Positions 1 to 7,766 of a stretch of DNA of 64,000 bases are shown here, in pieces. The notes beneath the pieces are model-generated. The model made no database searches. It saw nothing but the letters and a program-made list of their open reading frames with translations, and was not told the origin of the DNA. Origin of the DNA: an uncultured Enterobacteriaceae bacterium. Lineage in GTDB: Bacteria > Pseudomonadota > Gammaproteobacteria > Burkholderiales > SG8-39. Made by a program: the position numbers and the translations under genes. Within the stretch, counting starts at the first letter, position 1; the number at the start of each line of letters is the position of its first letter. The stretch spans positions 27,976 to 91,975 of the forward strand of contig CAZKHE010000001.1 in the NCBI GenBank assembly GCA_964552535.1, read 5' to 3'.

Positions 1-738
1 TACGCCGGCGCGGTGGCGCAGAAGTTCGGCCTCGCGATGGGCGTTGCGTGGACGCTCGCCGGCGTGCTCGCGCTGGTCTTCGCCGGCCTGCTCGGCTGGG
101 CGCTGCTGCGGCTGCGCGGCCACTACTTCGCCATCGCGAGCCTCGTCGTCGCCGAGGTGCTGCGCGAGCTGGTGAACTCCGCCACCGACCTCACCGGCGG
201 CGGCATGGGCCTGAACCTGCCGCTGCCGGCGATGAGCTCGGTCGATGCCCAGGCGCGCTTCTTCTACTACGCCATGCTCGGCCTCGCGGCGCTCACGTTC
301 CTCGCCATGCTGCTCGCGAGCTATTCGCGCCTCGGCTTCGGGCTGCGCTGCATCCAGCAGAACGAGTCGGCGGCGGACATGCTCGGCGTGAACGCCACCT
401 GGTTCAAGGTCGCGGCCTTCATGCTCTCCGCGGTGTTCGTCGGCGTCGCCGGCGCGGTGTACGCCTCGTGGGTGCACTACATCGAGCCGCCGGACGTGTT
501 CGACGTGCTCTACTCGGTGAAGGCGATCGTGATGGTGCTGCTCGGCGGCGCCGGCTCGATCTTCGGCCCGATCGTCGGCGCGGTGCTGTTCCTCTCGCTG
601 GAGGAGCTCGTCTGGCGCCGGTTCCTCGAACTGCACACCGGCGTGCTCGGGCTGTTGATCGTGCTGCTGGTGCTGTTCCTGCCCAAGGGCCTGCTCTCGC
701 TGTCGCAGCGCTTCGCGCGCCGGAGCCAGGCGACATGA
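1..738 (+). CDS. LIV-type (branched-chain amino acid family) ABC transporter permease, LivM-like; 5' end lies outside the window
   Basis: The frame is open from nt 1. The sequence is polytopic and hydrophobic, typical of the C-terminal half of LivM-type permeases. Its stop overlaps the next ABC ATPase start (ATGA at 735-738). Confidence 0.8.
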   Translation, partial: YAGAVAQKFGLAMGVAWTLAGVLALVFAGLLGWALLRLRGHYFAIASLVVAEVLRELVNSATDLTGGGMGLNLPLPAMSSVDAQARFFYYAMLGLAALTFLAMLLASYSRLGFGLRCIQQNESAADMLGVNATWFKVAAFMLSAVFVGVAGAVYASWVHYIEPPDVFDVLYSVKAIVMVLLGGAGSIFGPIVGAVLFLSLEELVWRRFLELHTGVLGLLIVLLVLFLPKGLLSLSQRFARRSQAT

Positions 739-1490
739 ACGCGCCGCTGCTCGAGCTCGCCGGCGTCACGCGCCGGTTCGGCGGCCTGAAGGCCGTCTCC
801 AACGTGACGCTCTCGGTGCCCGCCGGCGAGGTCATCGGCCTCATCGGCCCCAACGGCGCCGGCAAGACGACGCTCGTCAACGTCATCACCGGCGTGCATC
901 CCGCGAGCGAAGGGACCATCCGCTTCGCCGGCGAGGACATCACCCGGCTGAAGCCGTGGCAGGCCGCGCGCCGCGGCATCGCGCGCACCTTCCAGATCGT
1001 GCAGCCGTTCCCGGAAATGACCGTGCTGGAGAACGTGGCCGCCGCGGCGATGTTCGCCGGCGGCCGCCGCTACGGCCGCGAGGCCGAGCGCGAGGCGCGC
1101 GAGCACCTCGACTTCGTCGGCCTGGGCGCGCTGGCCGATCGCCGCGCGTCCGCCCTCACGCTCGCGATGCGCAAGCGCCTGGAGCTCGCCAAGGGCCTCG
1201 CGATGCGCCCGCGCCTGCTGCTGCTCGACGAGGTCAACGCCGGCCTGAACGCGACCGAGGTGGACCAGGCGCTCGCGCTGATCCGCGCCATCGCCGCGCG
1301 CGGCGTGACCATTCTCATCATCGAGCACCTCATGAAGGTCGTGCTGTCGCTGTGCACGCGCATCGTGGTGCTGCATCACGGCGAGCTGATCGCCGAGGGC
1401 ACGCCGGAAACCATCGTGCGCGATCCGCGCGTGGTGCAGGCCTACCTCGGCCGCCGCTACGCGGAAGGCGCGAAGGCGGCCCATGGCTGA
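735..1490 (+). CDS. ABC transporter ATP-binding protein, LivG-like
   Basis: Internal ATG at 735 of track ORF 48..1490; the upstream part is a shadow frame over the permease. Walker A GPNGAGKTT, signature and Walker B LLLLDE are present, plus the LivG-type C-terminal DPRVVQAYLG. Confidence 0.9.
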   Translation: MNAPLLELAGVTRRFGGLKAVSNVTLSVPAGEVIGLIGPNGAGKTTLVNVITGVHPASEGTIRFAGEDITRLKPWQAARRGIARTFQIVQPFPEMTVLENVAAAAMFAGGRRYGREAEREAREHLDFVGLGALADRRASALTLAMRKRLELAKGLAMRPRLLLLDEVNAGLNATEVDQALALIRAIAARGVTILIIEHLMKVVLSLCTRIVVLHHGELIAEGTPETIVRDPRVVQAYLGRRYAEGAKAAHG

Positions 1491-2202
1491 CGCGCTGCTC
1501 GAGGTCAGCGGGCTCGCCGCCGGCTACGGCGACGTGAAGGTCCTGTGGGGCGTGGACCTCGCGGTGCCGCGCGGCGAGATCGTCGGACTGGTCGGCTCCA
1601 ACGGCGCCGGCAAGACGACGCTGATGCGCGCGATCTCCGGCCTCATCGCCGCGCGCGCCGGATCGATCCGCTTCGACGGCCGGGACATCGCCAACGCGTC
1701 GCCCGAGCGCGTGCTGGGCGCCGGCGTCGCGCACGTGCCGGAGGGCCGACGGCTGTTCGCGGCGATGAGCGTGCGCGACAACCTGCTGATGGGCGCCTAC
1801 CTGCGCCACGACAAGGCGGCCATCGCCGAGGACCTCGAGCGCATTTTCGCCATGTTTCCCATCCTCAGGAAGCGCGAGCGCCAGGACGCCGGAACGCTTT
1901 CCGGCGGCGAGCAGCAGATGTGCGCCATCGCGCGCGGGCTGATGAGCCGCCCGCGCCTGCTCCTCATCGACGAGCTCTCGCTCGGGCTTGCGCCCGCGGT
2001 GGTGGATCAGCTCTGCGACGCGCTGCGCACCCTGAACCGCGAGGGACTCGCGATGCTGGTGGTCGAACAGGACGTCGCGACCGCGCTCGAGCTCGCGCAC
2101 CGCGCGTTCGTGATGGACACCGGACGCGTCACGCGCGCGGGTACGAGCGCCGAGCTGCGCGACGATCCCGCGATCCGCGAGGCGTATCTCGGGGCCATCT
2201 GA
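1483..2202 (+). CDS. ABC transporter ATP-binding protein, LivF-like
   Basis: Walker A GSNGAGKTT, signature LSGGEQQM, Walker B LLLIDE, C-terminal DPAIREAYLG. It overlaps the preceding gene by 8 nt. Confidence 0.9.
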   Translation: MADALLEVSGLAAGYGDVKVLWGVDLAVPRGEIVGLVGSNGAGKTTLMRAISGLIAARAGSIRFDGRDIANASPERVLGAGVAHVPEGRRLFAAMSVRDNLLMGAYLRHDKAAIAEDLERIFAMFPILRKRERQDAGTLSGGEQQMCAIARGLMSRPRLLLIDELSLGLAPAVVDQLCDALRTLNREGLAMLVVEQDVATALELAHRAFVMDTGRVTRAGTSAELRDDPAIREAYLGAI

Positions 2203-2214
2203 AGGGCGGACGCC

Positions 2215-3144
2215 ATGCAGCAGGTGAACGCGCGGGACGCTGCGCCCCCTCGCCCCGACTGGCTGGTGCCGCTGGTGTGCCTGCTCGTGACCGGGGCACT
2301 TCTGGGGTTCTCCACCACGCTCGCGAAGCTCGCCGCGCCCGTCGGGCTCGCGCCGCTGCCGTTCGTCGCATGGTCGGTCGCCGGCGCGGCGATCGTCCTG
2401 CTCGCGGTCAATGCGGCGCGGGGCATCGCTCCTCGGCTGGATGCGGCCAAGGTGCGCTACGCGCTGGTCACCGGCTTCATCACCATCGCGGCGCCGTACG
2501 TGCTCATGTTCGCCACCATCCCGCAGGTCGGGGCGGGCTTCGTGTCGCTCGCGATCGCGTTCCCGCCGCTCTTCACCTATCTCGGCGCACTCGCCCTCCG
2601 CCTCGAGCGCTTCGACCCGGCGCGCGCGCTCGGCGTACTGCTCGCACTCGGCGGCGCGGCGTGGATCGCGGCACTGAAGCTGGTGGCGCCCGATGCGTCG
2701 GTGGGCTGGATCGTCGCCGCGCTCGCGGTGCCGGTGATCCTCGCCACCGGCAATGTCTATCGCACGCTGCGCTGGCCGGCCGGCGCGCGGCCCGAGGAGC
2801 TCGCGCCGCCGATGATGACCGCGGCGGCGCTCATGCTGCTCGCGTGGGGCGCGGTGGTGCCGGGGGCTTCGCTCGCCATGCCCCTCGATCGACCGGAGCC
2901 GCTCGCGCTCGTCGTCGCGCAGACGGCGGTGTTCTCGATCCAGTATCTGCTCTACTTCGTGCTGCAGAAGCGCGGCGGCCCGGTCTATCTCAGCCTGCTC
3001 GGTTCGGTGGGCGCGGTGGTCGGCGTGCCGGCCGCGGTCGTGCTGCTCGGCGAGGCGCCTCCGCGCGGCCTCGCCGTCGGCGCGACGCTCATCGCGCTCG
3101 GCATCGGCCTGATGACGTGGGCGGCCGGGCGCGTGCGGAAGTAG
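2215..3144 (+). CDS. DMT (EamA-like) family membrane transporter
   Basis: 309 aa with about 10 hydrophobic segments in two similar halves. Gly/Ala-rich helices are typical of the EamA duplication. Confidence 0.65.
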   Translation: MQQVNARDAAPPRPDWLVPLVCLLVTGALLGFSTTLAKLAAPVGLAPLPFVAWSVAGAAIVLLAVNAARGIAPRLDAAKVRYALVTGFITIAAPYVLMFATIPQVGAGFVSLAIAFPPLFTYLGALALRLERFDPARALGVLLALGGAAWIAALKLVAPDASVGWIVAALAVPVILATGNVYRTLRWPAGARPEELAPPMMTAAALMLLAWGAVVPGASLAMPLDRPEPLALVVAQTAVFSIQYLLYFVLQKRGGPVYLSLLGSVGAVVGVPAAVVLLGEAPPRGLAVGATLIALGIGLMTWAAGRVRK

Positions 3145-3150
3145 CGCCCC

Positions 3151-3819
3151 TCACGGGCCGGCCGGCGGCTTTCCGGTCCAGTACGGCCGCGGCGCACAGC
3201 ACGCGCGGCCGGCGAGAAGATCCTCCCACTCCTCCATGCGAATGGCGGCAACGAGCTGCGCCCGGCCCTCCCGGGTGGGACGGAACACGAAGGTCTCGCT
3301 CTCGACGCTGTCGAAGTCGGTCGCCTGCCACAGCACGCCGCCGTGACCGAAGAGGAACGTGTTCGTGCCCGGCGCCGGCGGCGTGTTCAGCATGATGCGC
3401 AGCGCCGCGGCCTTCTCGTCGTTGCGATCCGGCGTGAGCGGCTCGGACAGCTCGTAGGCCGGCGCGAAATACGCGGCATGCTGCCACGCGCGGCAGTAAC
3501 GGCTCGCCACGATCCGCCCCATCGGGATGCCGAGGCGCTTCACGTACTCCGCCTGGCGCTGCGCCTGCTGCAGCCCCGCTTCGCTCAGATTGCGCTGCGT
3601 CTCGCACCGGGCCGGATCGAGCTGCCCCGAGGCGCGCATGCGGCCCTCGTGATCGTGCTCGCGCAGGGTCTGCGTGTGCCGGAAGTACACGACGAGGCCC
3701 CCCTGCCGAAGTTCGGCGAGGAGCGCGGCCGGATCCAGCTTCACCCCGGCGCCGGGCTGGGCGAGGGCGAACTCGGTCACGAGCGCAAGCAGGACCGTCA
3801 GGGCACGGGCGAGTGTCAT
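3151..3819 (-). CDS. Secreted histidine phosphatase superfamily protein
   Basis: N-terminal signal peptide (LLALVTEFALAQP). An RH motif (VVYFRHTQT) lies near the N-terminus and a later HGG motif (LFGHGGVL) follows, as in the phosphoglycerate-mutase-like fold. Confidence 0.55.
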   Translation of the reverse strand: MTLARALTVLLALVTEFALAQPGAGVKLDPAALLAELRQGGLVVYFRHTQTLREHDHEGRMRASGQLDPARCETQRNLSEAGLQQAQRQAEYVKRLGIPMGRIVASRYCRAWQHAAYFAPAYELSEPLTPDRNDEKAAALRIMLNTPPAPGTNTFLFGHGGVLWQATDFDSVESETFVFRPTREGRAQLVAAIRMEEWEDLLAGRACCAPRPYWTGKPPAGP

Positions 3820-3867
3820 GATCGCCCACTATAGCCGCCCCCCGCCTGCGCGGCTAAGCTCGCATGC

Positions 3868-4287
3868 ATGCGCCAGTTCACCACCATACTCGAGGTCGCC
3901 ACGCGCGGCCGGGGGCTTGCGGAAATCACCGGTGAGGTCGCCGCCTGGGTGCGCGGCACCGGTGTCACCGCGGGTCTGCTCACGCTCTTCATCCGCCACA
4001 CGTCGGCGAGCCTGATGATCCAGGAGAACGCCGACCCGGAGGTGCAGCGGGACCTCGAACGGTTCTTCGCGCGCCTCGTTCCCGACGGCGACGCCCTGTT
4101 CGAGCACGACGCGGAAGGTCCCGACGACATGCCGGCACACGTGCGCAGCGCGCTCACGCAGACGCATCTCGCCATCCCGGTGACGAACGGGCGGCCGGCG
4201 CTCGGCACGTGGCAGGGCCTCTACGTCTACGAGCATCGACGCCGCGCGCATCGGCGCGAGGTGGTGCTGCATCTGCTCGGCGAGTAA
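3868..4287 (+). CDS. YjbQ/UPF0047 family protein (secondary thiamine-phosphate synthase-like)
   Basis: 139 aa with characteristic motifs: FIRHTSASLMIQENADPEV, PAHVRSAL, and GTWQGLYVYEHR near the C-terminus. Confidence 0.85.
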   Translation: MRQFTTILEVATRGRGLAEITGEVAAWVRGTGVTAGLLTLFIRHTSASLMIQENADPEVQRDLERFFARLVPDGDALFEHDAEGPDDMPAHVRSALTQTHLAIPVTNGRPALGTWQGLYVYEHRRRAHRREVVLHLLGE

Positions 4288-4340
4288 ACGTCCACCGCCG
4301 GAACGATGTAGAACCGCGATGTAGGGCGTGCAAAAAGGCG

Positions 4341-4364
4341 AAGAGCCCGCGGACGGGCTCTTCG
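4341..4364 (-). terminator. Rho-independent terminator for the minus-strand gene 4396..5034
   Basis: Perfect 10-bp stem gaagagcccg / cgggctcttc with a 4-nt loop. On the minus strand it is followed by a T-run (plus-strand aaaaagg at 4333-4339). Confidence 0.6.
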
Positions 4365-4395
4365 CAGTCAGGACGCGGCCTCGGGCCGCCGAACC

Positions 4396-5034
4396 TTACT
4401 TGGAACCGCTCGCGCCGCCGGAGCCGCCGGTGCTCCCGCTCATGCCGCCCGATCCACCCGAGCCGCTGCTGCTCCCGCCCGTACCGCCGGATCCGCCGGA
4501 GCCGCTGCTGCTCCCGCCCGTGCCGCCCGAACCACCCGACGTGCCGGAGCCCATGCCCGACGAGCTCCCGCCGGCGGCGCCGCCCGCGCCCGAGGGCGAG
4601 GCACCCGTGTCGCCGCCGCTGGCCGGCAAGCCCAGCGAGGAGAGCGTCTGCCGATCCAGCTCGCCCGTGGCGTTCATGCCCTGCTTCTGCTGATACTCGC
4701 GCAGGGCCGCCTGGGTGTTCGGCCCCATGATGCCGTCGGCCTCGACGTCGTGACCCTTCTGCTTCAGTGCCTGCTGCACCTGGCGGATCGTCTGCTGGTC
4801 GTGCTGCTGGGACATCGTGGACGAGCCGCTCGCGCCGCTCGACATCCCGCTGCTGCCGCTGGATGCGCCGCTGCCGGCGGCCCCCGGCTGGTTGGCGCTC
4901 GAACCCGACGACGCACCCGACGACGAGGGCGACGAGGACCCGCTCGACCCGCTGCTCGAGCCCGTCTGGGCGAAGGCCGGAATGGACAGCACGAACGAGG
5001 CGGTGGTCGCAATCACGATCTGCTTCAGCTTCAT
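4396..5034 (-). CDS. Secreted Gly/Ser-rich protein with a central peptidoglycan-binding (PG_binding_1-like) domain
   Basis: Signal peptide (SIPAFAQT). The central region IRQVQQALKQKGHDVEADGIMGPNTQAALREYQQKQGMNATGELD matches the PG_binding_1 pattern. Both flanks are low-complexity G/S. Confidence 0.7.
   Translation of the reverse strand: MKLKQIVIATTASFVLSIPAFAQTGSSSGSSGSSSPSSSGASSGSSANQPGAAGSGASSGSSGMSSGASGSSTMSQQHDQQTIRQVQQALKQKGHDVEADGIMGPNTQAALREYQQKQGMNATGELDRQTLSSLGLPASGGDTGASPSGAGGAAGGSSSGMGSGTSGGSGGTGGSSSGSGGSGGTGGSSSGSGGSGGMSGSTGGSGGASGSK
4448..4525. repeat. Two tandem copies of a 39-bp coding repeat (35/39 identical) inside the Gly/Ser-rich tail
   Basis: 4448-4486 is cccgatccacccgagccgctgctgctcccgcccgtaccg and 4487-4525 is ccggatccgccggagccgctgctgctcccgcccgtgccg. 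On the minus strand they encode GGTGGSSSGSGGS units. Confidence 0.7.
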
Positions 5035-5217
5035 GTGGAGTCTCCTGGGAACTTCACGATCGATGACGCTCGTGCCGGTCGCCGCATCGCGGCATCGCCG
5101 GCGCGGGCTCCCTCATCGAGCGCCGCATGCCTCCCATGCAGCAGCTTCCGTGCCGCCGAGCGCGCGAATGCGACAATTCGCGCGTCATCGCGACGCTGCG
5201 CCGCATAGGAGAAAGGC

Positions 5218-5988
5218 ATGTCCGACGTTCCCGCAGTCCCCGTCTTCGCCCCCGGCGGCTACCGCTACGTCCGCGGGGGGTTCCAGTACTCGCTGGGCGT
5301 CGCCGCGGAGCCCGGCTTCGCCCTCGAGCGGGTGCGGTTCTTCCGGCCGCTGCCGCTCGCCGAAGCGTTCGCCGCGATCGAGGCGCATCTTGCCGGCATC
5401 GGCCGCCCCACCACCGCGTTCGCGCAATGCGAGTTGCGCTCACCCGCCCCCTTCACCGACCAGGGATTCCTCGACTTCAACAAGGCGTACGTCGAAACGC
5501 TTTCACGATGGGGCCTCTACCGTGAAGGCGACCCGCGCATGAATCCGGCGGCGCGCTCCAACGTCTGCCCGGTGTACGGCGGGCCGCAGGCGCCGTCGAT
5601 GCACGCGTTCTCCTACACGGTCCCGGCGCCGGACGCGCAGCGTGCGACGTTCGCGATCGCCGGCGGCGCCGACGCGCGCGCGGGATCGGCACCGTACAAG
5701 GAGCGCATCGTGCGCTACGGCGAGACGTCCGCCGGCGCACTGCGCGAGAAGGGCGAATTCGTGCTGGCTTCGATGGCGCAACGGATGGGCGCGCTCGGCG
5801 TCGGCTGGACCGACGCGACGCTCACCCAGCTCTATACCGTGCACGACGTGGGCGCGCTGGTCGGCGAGCTGATCGCCGCGCGCGGGGCAGCGCCCGCGGG
5901 TCTGCTCTGGCACTACGCGCGGCCGCCGGTGATCGGCCTCGAGTTCGAGATGGACGTGCTCGCGACCGCGCGCGAGATCGTGCGCTGA
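5218..5988 (+). CDS. Conserved hypothetical protein (possibly CnbZ / RutC-like deaminase family; weak recollection only)
   Basis: 256-aa ORF with balanced composition. A Shine-Dalgarno sequence (aggagaaagg) precedes the ATG at 5218. I could not identify any clear catalytic motif. Confidence 0.5.
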   Translation: MSDVPAVPVFAPGGYRYVRGGFQYSLGVAAEPGFALERVRFFRPLPLAEAFAAIEAHLAGIGRPTTAFAQCELRSPAPFTDQGFLDFNKAYVETLSRWGLYREGDPRMNPAARSNVCPVYGGPQAPSMHAFSYTVPAPDAQRATFAIAGGADARAGSAPYKERIVRYGETSAGALREKGEFVLASMAQRMGALGVGWTDATLTQLYTVHDVGALVGELIAARGAAPAGLLWHYARPPVIGLEFEMDVLATAREIVR

Positions 5989-6006
5989 GGCGGGCGCCTG
6001 GGCGCT

Positions 6007-6321
6007 CTAGGCCGCGTCGCGGATCTCGCGCGCCTTGTTGTCGACGATGACCGGCGTCGCGTAGTACGTGAACGTCGGCTCGGTTCCGAACGCCTCCATG
6101 ATGCGGCGCTTGAACGCCTCGCCGTGCCACTTCTGCGCATCGGCGATCGATCGCCACGTGTACGCGCCGCCGCCGTAGCCGCGCTCGGCGTCGAAGATGT
6201 AGTTCTTGCGGATGAGATCGGGATTGGCGCCCCAGGCCGGCGCCGACTCCTTCGCGCGCGCCGTGTATTGCTCGAGGGTCATGCCTTCCGGCAGCTTGAA
6301 CAGGACGATCTCGGTGATCAT
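6007..6321 (-). CDS. Small dimeric alpha/beta-barrel (YdhR/ABM-like) putative monooxygenase
   Basis: Internal ATG at 6321 of track ORF 6007..6654; the upstream 111 aa are Arg-rich shadow frame. The 104-aa sequence MITEIVLFKLPEG...GGGAYTWRSIADAQKW resembles YdhR-type proteins. Confidence 0.55.
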   Translation of the reverse strand: MITEIVLFKLPEGMTLEQYTARAKESAPAWGANPDLIRKNYIFDAERGYGGGAYTWRSIADAQKWHGEAFKRRIMEAFGTEPTFTYYATPVIVDNKAREIRDAA

Positions 6322-6407
6322 GGCGCCGCTCCTTCGGACGTGGAAGCGCGACTGTAGCACCGGCGCCGCGCGCGCAAGACGCGCGGCGGTGCGGCCATCG
6401 GCCGCGC

Positions 6408-6785
6408 TCAGGCGAGCGCCTTCGCCTTCAGCCGGGCGAACTCGTCCGCGTTGATGGTGCCGGCGTCGAGCAGGGTCTTCGCATCGGCGATCTGCTCCGC
6501 CGGCGACTTGCCCGCGGCCTCGCGGATGTAGGCGTCGGTCTGCGCCTTGGCGCGGCTCAGCGCGTCGCGCTGGCGCTGCGCCATGCCGGAGCCGCGCGCG
6601 ATGATGTAGACCAGCGACGTCAGGACCGGCACGAAGATCATGCCGATCACCCACAGCGCCTTGGCCAAACCGCCGAGCTCGGTGTCGCGGAAGAGATCGA
6701 TGACGATGTGGAAGAGGACGAAGAGGTACGCGACGAAGAAGAACGTCGATACGATCAGCCAGACCATGTCCCAGAAGTTGCTCAT
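6408..6785 (-). CDS. Membrane protein with PLD-nuclease-N-like (PLDc_N) TM domain and C-terminal SHOCT domain
   Basis: Two N-terminal TM helices (WLIVSTFFFVAYLFVLFHIVIDLF, ALWVIGMIFVPVLTSLVYII). The C-terminal LLDAGTINADEFARLKAKAL is the SHOCT short oligomerisation motif. Confidence 0.7.
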   Translation of the reverse strand: MSNFWDMVWLIVSTFFFVAYLFVLFHIVIDLFRDTELGGLAKALWVIGMIFVPVLTSLVYIIARGSGMAQRQRDALSRAKAQTDAYIREAAGKSPAEQIADAKTLLDAGTINADEFARLKAKALA

Positions 6786-6809
6786 GCTCGCTCCGTCAGG
6801 TTGCGGCCG

Positions 6810-7034
6810 CTAGGCCTTGCGCTCGGTGGCGCCGCGCACCCAGGTGCGCAGCAGGTTGACGACGAAGCCGCCGGTGAGCATGCCGAGCACGTACACGAGC
6901 AGGACCAGGACCGACACCGGCATCGTCGCGTTGAACGCGCCGAGCGCCACGGTCACGGTTTCCAGGTTGCGGATCTTGAAGGCAAGCACGACCGCCGTGA
7001 ACAGCACGATCAGTGCGATGTAGACGAATCTCAT
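6810..7034 (-). CDS. LapA-domain (DUF1049-like) small inner-membrane protein
   Basis: Internal ATG at 7034. The 74-aa product has two TM helices and a basic C-terminal tail, as in the lipopolysaccharide assembly protein A domain. Confidence 0.55.
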   Translation of the reverse strand: MRFVYIALIVLFTAVVLAFKIRNLETVTVALGAFNATMPVSVLVLLVYVLGMLTGGFVVNLLRTWVRGATERKA

Positions 7035-7310
7035 GACGCTCCCCCGAACGCTGTGACGGCCCGGGCTTACGCCATGCGGCATGCCCGGGCTCGTCGCCGG
7101 CGCAATCATACGGGATGCGCATCCCGAGAACGGCGGGCGCGCATTCCGGAACGGCGTAGGGGGGCGCGCTAAGGCTTGCGCGAACGCCGGTCGTCTTCGC
7201 GTTCGCGGCCGGTGGCGCGACGCACTGCCTCGACGTTAGCCAGCACTGGGGTGAGCACATGCTCACCCGCGCGGCACGGGGGGCACAGGCCGCCCGAATG
7301 CCGGCAGCCG

Positions 7311-7508
7311 CTACTTGTCGGCCTCGCGCAACCGCTCCTGCGCCTGATCCATCGCGCCGGCCGCGCGCGCGCCCGCCTGATCCATCGTCCTGCGCGCCTG
7401 CTCGGCTTCCTGCCTCTTCACGGCCGCGGCGGTTGCCGCCGTACTGGCGGTTTCCACGCCGCAGCCGGCGAGTGCGAGGGCAAGGCAAGCGAGGACGGTG
7501 CTGCGCAT
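7311..7508 (-). CDS. Small lipoprotein
   Basis: 65 aa with lipobox LALAGC after a basic N-terminus. The remainder is Ala/Gln/Glu-rich and helical. Confidence 0.5.
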   Translation of the reverse strand: MRSTVLACLALALAGCGVETASTAATAAAVKRQEAEQARRTMDQAGARAAGAMDQAQERLREADK

Positions 7509-7766
7509 GGTGACTCCCGCGCCGATGGGGGCAACCGGCTCGCCGGAACGGTAGCGCGGTGCGGCGCCGCGACGAAGGCCCGCGAGCGAGACGACGTGGC
7601 GTCCGTCACGCCGGCGTGGCCGTGCGTGCGTCGCCCCCGCTCGCGATTCGGCTGAATCCCCTGACGTAGTTCACGGGGGGCGGACGGGACCGGGCAGTCG
7701 TTCCTGGCGCCGCGCCGCCCCCCGCCGCTAACGTGCCCGCACGGAAGAGCGACCCGAGGGGGGACC

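Noticed and set aside
48-734. The 5' part of track ORF 48..1490 would extend the LivG-like ATPase by 229 aa over the permease gene.
   Set aside because: The extension is Arg/Pro-rich nonsense. An ATG at 735 overlaps the permease stop (ATGA) and gives a normal-length ABC ATPase.
4396-4640. Repetitive DNA in the Gly/Ser-rich gene and the 15-bp repeats at 15148-15207 were considered as a possible CRISPR or other non-coding repeat array.
   Set aside because: The repeats are contiguous with no spacers, are in frame, and encode low-complexity peptide repeats inside well-supported ORFs.
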